A DNA stretch of 63,959 bases, filler included, from Octopus bimaculoides (taxonomy: Eukaryota), in assembly GCF_001194135.2 (NCBI RefSeq). It is 9 parts of 8 records of this genome, joined end to end, with 100 filler letters (N's around TTAATTAATTAA, not from the genome) between each part and the next. Parts side by side here need not be neighbours in the genome. Positions count along the whole stretch, not along the records: positions 60,756 to 62,497 come from NC_068988.1; positions 62,598 to 63,959 come from NC_068997.1; 7 more parts are not named here. One strand, given 5' to 3'. Position 1 is the first letter of the stretch. Each line of letters starts with the position of its first letter. Shown here piece by piece: positions 61,887-63,959 of this stretch. A program made the translations under genes and the position numbers. The notes beneath the pieces are model-generated. The model was given only the letters and a program-made list of their open reading frames with translations. It had not been told where the DNA came from and did not search any database.

Positions 61887-62914
61887 ATGCAGTGCCTTAG
61901 CTGAAATTTTAAATTTCTCCTCTTCTACATATCAAAATAATTTAAGACACTTTCATCATCGGTGTCGTTGTTGTCATCATTGTCGTCATCATCATCATCA
62001 TTGGTTTAGCATCCACTTTTCCATTGTTGTGTTGGGTGGAGTTTATTAAAGCAGATTTTCTATGGCTAGATGCTCCTCCAGTCATCAACTCTCGCCTTTG
62101 TTTGCAAGTAAAGTAATGGTACCACATTGCTAAACATGTTTTCACAGAATATCAGAAAGAAATGACACCACTTATATGATGACAGTGACACTCATTTACT
62201 CTTAACCCACAATGTCAAGACAAAGAAGCACAAACATACACATACTCACAAACATATATATATATGTGTGTGCACACACATATACATACATTATATATAT
62301 ACGTGTAGTCATTTTATTATCATCTTATGATATTTACTTTGTATTATATTATACTTATATATTGTGCTTTTACTTATTAATTTTTCTATGTGACAGTAAA
62401 TTTTCATCAATGAGTTCATGAACCTTGGTTCTTTTCCCTAAAACTATATATATCATCATCATCATCATCATCATCATCATCGTTTAACGTCCGCTTTNNN
62501 NNNNNNNNNNNNNNNNNNNNNNNNNNNNNNNNNNNNNNNNNTTAATTAATTAANNNNNNNNNNNNNNNNNNNNNNNNNNNNNNNNNNNNNNNNNNNNATA
62601 TATATATATATACTATATACTAATATATGTATATATCTATGCAATAGTCTTACACACAATTTCTCTTCACCAAATTCACTCTCAAAGCTTTACTATTTTT
62701 GCCGAAGGTGCCGTGTACTGGGACTGAAACCAAAATCCGCGTGGTTGCACAACCAGAGCTAAAGTGCATTATTGAAATTATTTCCTTCAGTGTAAAAATA
62801 GTAATTTTCAATCCATTTTTATTCCTACTTGATAATGGTCAGCCAATCATTGAAGCGCGATTGCTGTGAAAGGCTCACACAAATTCTCTCCTCCACTTTA
62901 TTTCGTCTCCAGGA

Positions 62915-63320
62915 GCAAGTGTGGCTGTGTAGTAAGAAGCTAGATTCCCTACTAAATAGTTCTGGGTTCAGTCCCACTGCGTAGCACAGGCCAACCAAAG
63001 CCTTGTGAGTGGATTTGGTAAATGGAAACTGAAGGAAGCTTGTCGTATATACATAAATACATACATTTATATGTATGTGTGTGTGTGTGTGTGTTTCTGT
63101 ATGTATGTGTCTGTTTTTATCCAAAACCCCACCCCACCACCGCCTGACGGTCGGTATTAGTGTATTTACGTCCCGGTTACTTACCGGTTTGGCAAAAGAG
63201 ACCGATATAATAATTACCAAACTTAAAAAATACTGGGGCCGATTGATTCAACTAAAACTTCTTCCAGGCGGTGTTCCAGCATGGCCGCGATCTAACGACG
63301 GAAGGAAGTAAAAGACAAAC
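62915..63320 (+). mobile_element. SINE family A, degenerate
   Basis: gtggctgtgtagtaagaagc...ggttcagtcccactgcg...ccagcatggccgcg...aagtaaaagac. Confidence 0.85.
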
Positions 63321-63568
63321 GAAGAAAGATAGTAATTAACACCTGACACTTCGACCATTTTAAACGAATCTTTGTTTCTGTCGCTATTCTTAGTGGAAGA
63401 CCTTCGCCAATTCGACAGATGCCAAACATTCAATTCAATAAGAACTCCACTTAGGTCTACCACAACCACTTAAATATCGTCAGCGTTATCACACACACAC
63501 ACACACGCACAGATAAACACGATCTACACATTACATAAGTGTTCAAGTGTATTCGATGTGTAGGTGTG

Positions 63569-63648
63569 TTTACGTGTGCCTGTCTGTGTGTGTCAGGCGA
63601 TGGTAATTTACGTGTGCCTGTCTGTGTGTGTCAGGCGATGGTAATTTA
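63569..63648. repeat. 38-bp perfect tandem duplication
   Basis: tttacgtgtgcctgtctgtgtgtgtcaggcgatggtaa x2. Confidence 0.9.
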
Positions 63649-63918
63649 TATTCAGAGTCGTATCTCGTTAGTCAATGGAATTTCTTTAGTGATCACCACT
63701 AGTAATCTAAAGTAATTGTTCGCTGGGAAACCTTTTCCACACACTATGATTTATTGAGAGTCGACATTAATGAATGGTGAGGCTGGTGGTCGTCTGGTTT
63801 GGGTTGATGAATGTCTCTTTAAATTGAAGAGATTCCGGAAGCATCGAGTCTTGTGTTGATCCTTTTCACACCACATCTACCCACAAGCAGCAGGCAACGT
63901 CATACTACGCTACTACAG

Positions 63919-63959
<41 letters not shown>

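Overview
Eukaryotic, AT-rich, gap-riddled draft scaffold. The SINE repertoire and microsatellite load suggest a cephalopod (Octopus-like) genome; this is an inference. No complete gene, rRNA, true tRNA or CRISPR array is visible. Most of the window is interspersed repeats: five or more tRNA-derived or composite SINE families, three mariner fossils, hAT, piggyBac and Tc1-type MITEs, and fragments of RTE, CR1, R4/Dong, Tx1(L1) and Penelope-like retroelements, plus (TA)n, (CA)n, (TAA)n, (CAT)n and (TATC)n tracts. Nearly all long ORFs in the track are N-gap or microsatellite artefacts. Two frame-compatible candidate minus-strand exons of an unrecognised protein lie at 49173-49295 and 45714-45895. 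The most interesting signals are: (1) two canonical type-I hammerhead ribozyme folds with long extended helix I (47236-47342 +, 38787-38873 -) outside any recognisable element, plus a variant-core minimal hammerhead in a Penelope-like 3' end (35908-35944); (2) a SINE whose 3' tail matches the 3' end of a Tx1-like LINE that sits in a (TATC)n tract; (3) a SINE trimer inside one target-site duplication; (4) several near-perfect fold-back inversions. All structures were derived by hand and need computational confirmation.
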